DNA of 64,000 bases, taken from Acutalibacteraceae bacterium (lineage in GTDB: Bacteria > Actinomycetota > Coriobacteriia > Coriobacteriales > UMGS124). Below the pieces are notes generated by a model that made no database searches, had not been told where the DNA came from, and saw only the letters and a list, made by a program, of their open reading frames with translations. This document shows positions 61,641-64,000 of this stretch, in pieces. The translations under genes were made by a program, and so were the position numbers. The stretch covers positions 1,983 to 65,982 of the forward strand of contig CAVEWV010000004.1 of NCBI GenBank assembly GCA_963619535.1. Direction: 5' to 3'. Position 1 is the stretch's first letter. Every line of letters starts with the position of its first letter.

Positions 61641-63554
61641 ATGCAGGAACGCATCTCTCGTCAGGACTTCTTGAAGGGCTTCGCCGCCGCAGGGGTCGCT
61701 GCGGCCGGAGTCGCCGGCTTGGCCAATTCCGTCACACCTGCCCATGCTGACGCGACCGACGAGCAGGCCCAGACTGCCGACCTCTCGCAGACCGTGGCGC
61801 TCACCGAGTTCGGCACGCCCTTGTGGCTCACGCCCGAGCTGCACATGTTCGACTGGCGCACCAAGCCCGAGCAGCCCCAGGCCGAGGAGGCCGGCAGCGC
61901 CGATGTCATCGTCGTGGGCCTGGGCCTGGCCGGCATGAACGCGCTGCGCCGCAGCCTGGAGCTCGGCAACTCCGTCATCGGCATCGAGACCGACGCCAGC
62001 TACGACATTCATGGCTTCCAGTGCGCCACCGTCAACTGCGACCTGTTCAAGCGCGAGGTCGAGAAGAACGGCGACGATTGGGCCGACTACGAGATCGACA
62101 CGACCGACTTCGTGCGCAACTACATGGCCATGCACAACAACCGTTCCAACATCGAGATCGCCAAGCTCTTCGCCGAGCACTCCGGCGAGGCGTTCGACTG
62201 GTACGAGGAACTCATGCCCGAGAAGGGCGAGGACGGCAACTACGACTACCGCTCCATGATCTATTACCCGCGCCCCGAGGGCTACGACCTGTCCCAGCCC
62301 GACACGAAGTACCGCACCTACATCGGCACGGTCGACTTCACCTACCAGTCTTGGGCGCAGGCCGGCCACAACCTCTACCAGTTCTGCGTGGACAACGGGG
62401 CCGACTTCCATTTCAACGAGCGCGGCTACATGCTCACCAAGAACGCCGACGGCAAGGTGGACGGCATCATCACGAAGGTGACCGCCGACACCGGGGAGGT
62501 GTCGTACAAGCACTACACGGCCAACAAGGGCGTCATCATCTCCACCGGCTACCACGGCACCGCGCAGGACATCATGATGGAGATCGGCGTCGAGGAGGCC
62601 ATGTACACCCTGCGCAACGGCAACGACTTCCCCGCGAGCTCGGGCTTCGGCGGCTCGGGCGACGGCCATCGCATGCTTGTGTGGGAGGGCGCCGACATCG
62701 AGCCCTTCCGCCAGGCCGACGGCTGCGTGCTGTCGATGCTCGACCCGGCGGCGGGCCTGGCCCTCAACGCCAACGGCAAGCGCTTCCACAACGAGGACGA
62801 CCAGTGCTGGACGCTGGGCCTGGAGCTGCGCTGGCAGCCCGGCCAGACGCAGTGGAAGATCTACGACTCCAACTGGCGTCGCGACCTGGACTTCCAGAAC
62901 ATGTCGCACATGGCCATCGATTCAGTGAACAAGACCCCCTGGACCATGCCCGGCACGCTCGAGAACGAGTACGCGGCCTTCTACACCAACGGCACCAAGA
63001 CCAAGGCCGACGGCACCGAGTGCGACGGCACCGAGTTCTACCTCGATATCCTCGACGAGGAGCTGCGTGCCGGCGTGGGCAACCCCGAGGGCATCGCCAT
63101 CGGCAGCTATTGGAGCTGGCCGGGCGACGTGCGCTACGGGGCCGAGACGCTCGAGGAGCTCGCCGAGATGGTGTACCCCGGCGACGAGGAGGCCCAGGCC
63201 AACATGCTCGCCGAGGTGGCCGAGTACAACCAGATCGTCGCTTCGGGCAAGGACACGAGGTACGGCAAGGCCTCGTGGATGCTGTTCCCCATTGAGGAGG
63301 GGCCGTTCTACGCGTTCGGCGTCACGGCAGGCACCGTGGGGCGCATGGGCCAGGAGGGCATCATGACCAACGCGCGCCTGCAGCCCACCGTTCCCGCCAC
63401 CGGCAAGGCCATCCCCGGCGTGTACTGTGCCGGCGTCGTCGTGGGCGGCCGTCACGCCAACTGCTACATGACCCCTCTGGGCGGCATGAACCACGGCTTC
63501 GACGTGACCACCGGCAAGCTCGCAGCCGAGTTCCTCTCGCAGGACAACGCGTAA
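61641..63554 (+). CDS. Tat-exported FAD-dependent oxidoreductase (flavocytochrome c / fumarate reductase flavoprotein family), 637 aa
   Basis: AAGGGGGA upstream of the start. MQERISRQDFLKGFAAAGVAAAGVAGLANSVTPAHA twin-arginine signal. ADVIVVGLGLAGMNALRRSLELGNSVIGIE FAD fold. C-terminal GVYCAGVVVGG. Confidence 0.85.
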   Translation: MQERISRQDFLKGFAAAGVAAAGVAGLANSVTPAHADATDEQAQTADLSQTVALTEFGTPLWLTPELHMFDWRTKPEQPQAEEAGSADVIVVGLGLAGMNALRRSLELGNSVIGIETDASYDIHGFQCATVNCDLFKREVEKNGDDWADYEIDTTDFVRNYMAMHNNRSNIEIAKLFAEHSGEAFDWYEELMPEKGEDGNYDYRSMIYYPRPEGYDLSQPDTKYRTYIGTVDFTYQSWAQAGHNLYQFCVDNGADFHFNERGYMLTKNADGKVDGIITKVTADTGEVSYKHYTANKGVIISTGYHGTAQDIMMEIGVEEAMYTLRNGNDFPASSGFGGSGDGHRMLVWEGADIEPFRQADGCVLSMLDPAAGLALNANGKRFHNEDDQCWTLGLELRWQPGQTQWKIYDSNWRRDLDFQNMSHMAIDSVNKTPWTMPGTLENEYAAFYTNGTKTKADGTECDGTEFYLDILDEELRAGVGNPEGIAIGSYWSWPGDVRYGAETLEELAEMVYPGDEEAQANMLAEVAEYNQIVASGKDTRYGKASWMLFPIEEGPFYAFGVTAGTVGRMGQEGIMTNARLQPTVPATGKAIPGVYCAGVVVGGRHANCYMTPLGGMNHGFDVTTGKLAAEFLSQDNA

Positions 63555-63564
63555 GGAGCCCAAC

Positions 63565-64000
63565 GTGACCCAAGACACCCCCCGCACAACCCCGCTCATG
63601 CTCGACGTGCACCTGCCGTTCTCCTACTGGCGCGAGCGCGACCTGGACAACGGCGACGCGGCCCTGCGCCCGCAGGACGGCCTGGTGCACGCGTACGCCC
63701 GCGCGCTCATGGCCGAGATCGCGAGCTTGGGAAGCGACGTGCGAGACTGTAGGCTTGCAGTGGGGGGCGTCTTCTTTTCCGGCGGTTACCTGGGACTTCT
63801 CGACCCTGAGGACTTTCGTGACATCCTGCGCGCGGTCCGTCGCGCCTTTGCCGTGACGCAGGGCCTTCGCGTCGAGGCGGTGACGGCGCCGGGGTCGGTG
63901 GACATGTACGCCGCAAGCGCCTATCTCGACGAGGGTGTGGGCGCTCTCATGTTCGAGGTGCCCACGCTCTCGGCTCGCGAGTCGGCCGAACTTGCGCTGC
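63565..64000 (+). CDS. HemN/HemW-like (radical SAM fold) protein lacking the CxxxCxxC motif; 3' end outside the window
   Basis: GTG 63565 with AAGGAG 6 nt upstream, 10 nt after the reductase stop. LDVHLPFSYWRERDL occupies the place of Y.H.PFC...C.YC.F. FFSGGYLGLLDPEDFRDILRAVRRAF and EAVTAPGSV mirror the GGGTPS...L..l and E.nP regions of the HemN family. The frame stays open to the window end. Confidence 0.55.
   Translation, partial: MTQDTPRTTPLMLDVHLPFSYWRERDLDNGDAALRPQDGLVHAYARALMAEIASLGSDVRDCRLAVGGVFFSGGYLGLLDPEDFRDILRAVRRAFAVTQGLRVEAVTAPGSVDMYAASAYLDEGVGALMFEVPTLSARESAELAL

Noticed and set aside
61072-61674. ORFs 61072..61302 (-) and 61267..61674 (+) in the AT-rich island.
   Set aside because: They have no RBS and no motifs. 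Their composition is driven by the repeats, and the second runs into the RBS and start of the reductase gene. I treat the region as non-coding regulatory or repeat DNA.

Overview
High-GC bacterial chromosome segment (GC roughly 60-65 percent judged by eye, with several AT-richer islands). The gene content includes Tat-exported flavoprotein reductases beside a membrane LuxR regulator, sortase-dependent giant isopeptide and thioester adhesins, and a fused double BcrAD-type activase. That mix suggests a Coriobacteriia/Eggerthellaceae-like gut actinobacterium, which is an inference I could not verify. I call about 27 intact or partial protein genes, 1 tRNA, 5 gene remnants or pseudogenes, and several promoters, terminators and operators. 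Three secreted or surface proteins of 5539, 2113 and 1804 aa occupy about 44 percent of the window. Other content: a 5-gene operon (NitT/TauT-type ABC transporter, small DUF1858-like protein, 1590-aa double activase), a Crp/Fnr-like regulator, an rlmA-like methyltransferase, a DUF3737 protein, an Eis-like GNAT, a ClC channel, a TcyP-like transporter, an FMN alpha-hydroxy-acid oxidase, a class B sortase, an iron-type ABC transporter with a deleted binding-protein gene, and a HemN-like gene lacking the radical-SAM cysteines. No rRNA, CRISPR array, integrase, transposase or prophage was seen. The most unusual items are these. (1) An orphan ~0.5 kb transcription unit (5249-5775) with a near-consensus promoter and terminator, a 24-codon Trp-Trp sORF and three copies of a 12-nt start-codon-containing repeat. 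(2) Pairs of an almost identical 16-bp palindrome GGTGACAATTGTCACC in front of two distant loci, next to the Crp/Fnr-like gene. (3) A ~10 kb segment bracketed by remnants of paralogs of two genes that are intact elsewhere in the window. (4) A Tat-secreted single-module protein followed by a giant protein carrying five copies of the same uncharacterised module. All domain calls come from motif recognition by eye, with no database search.
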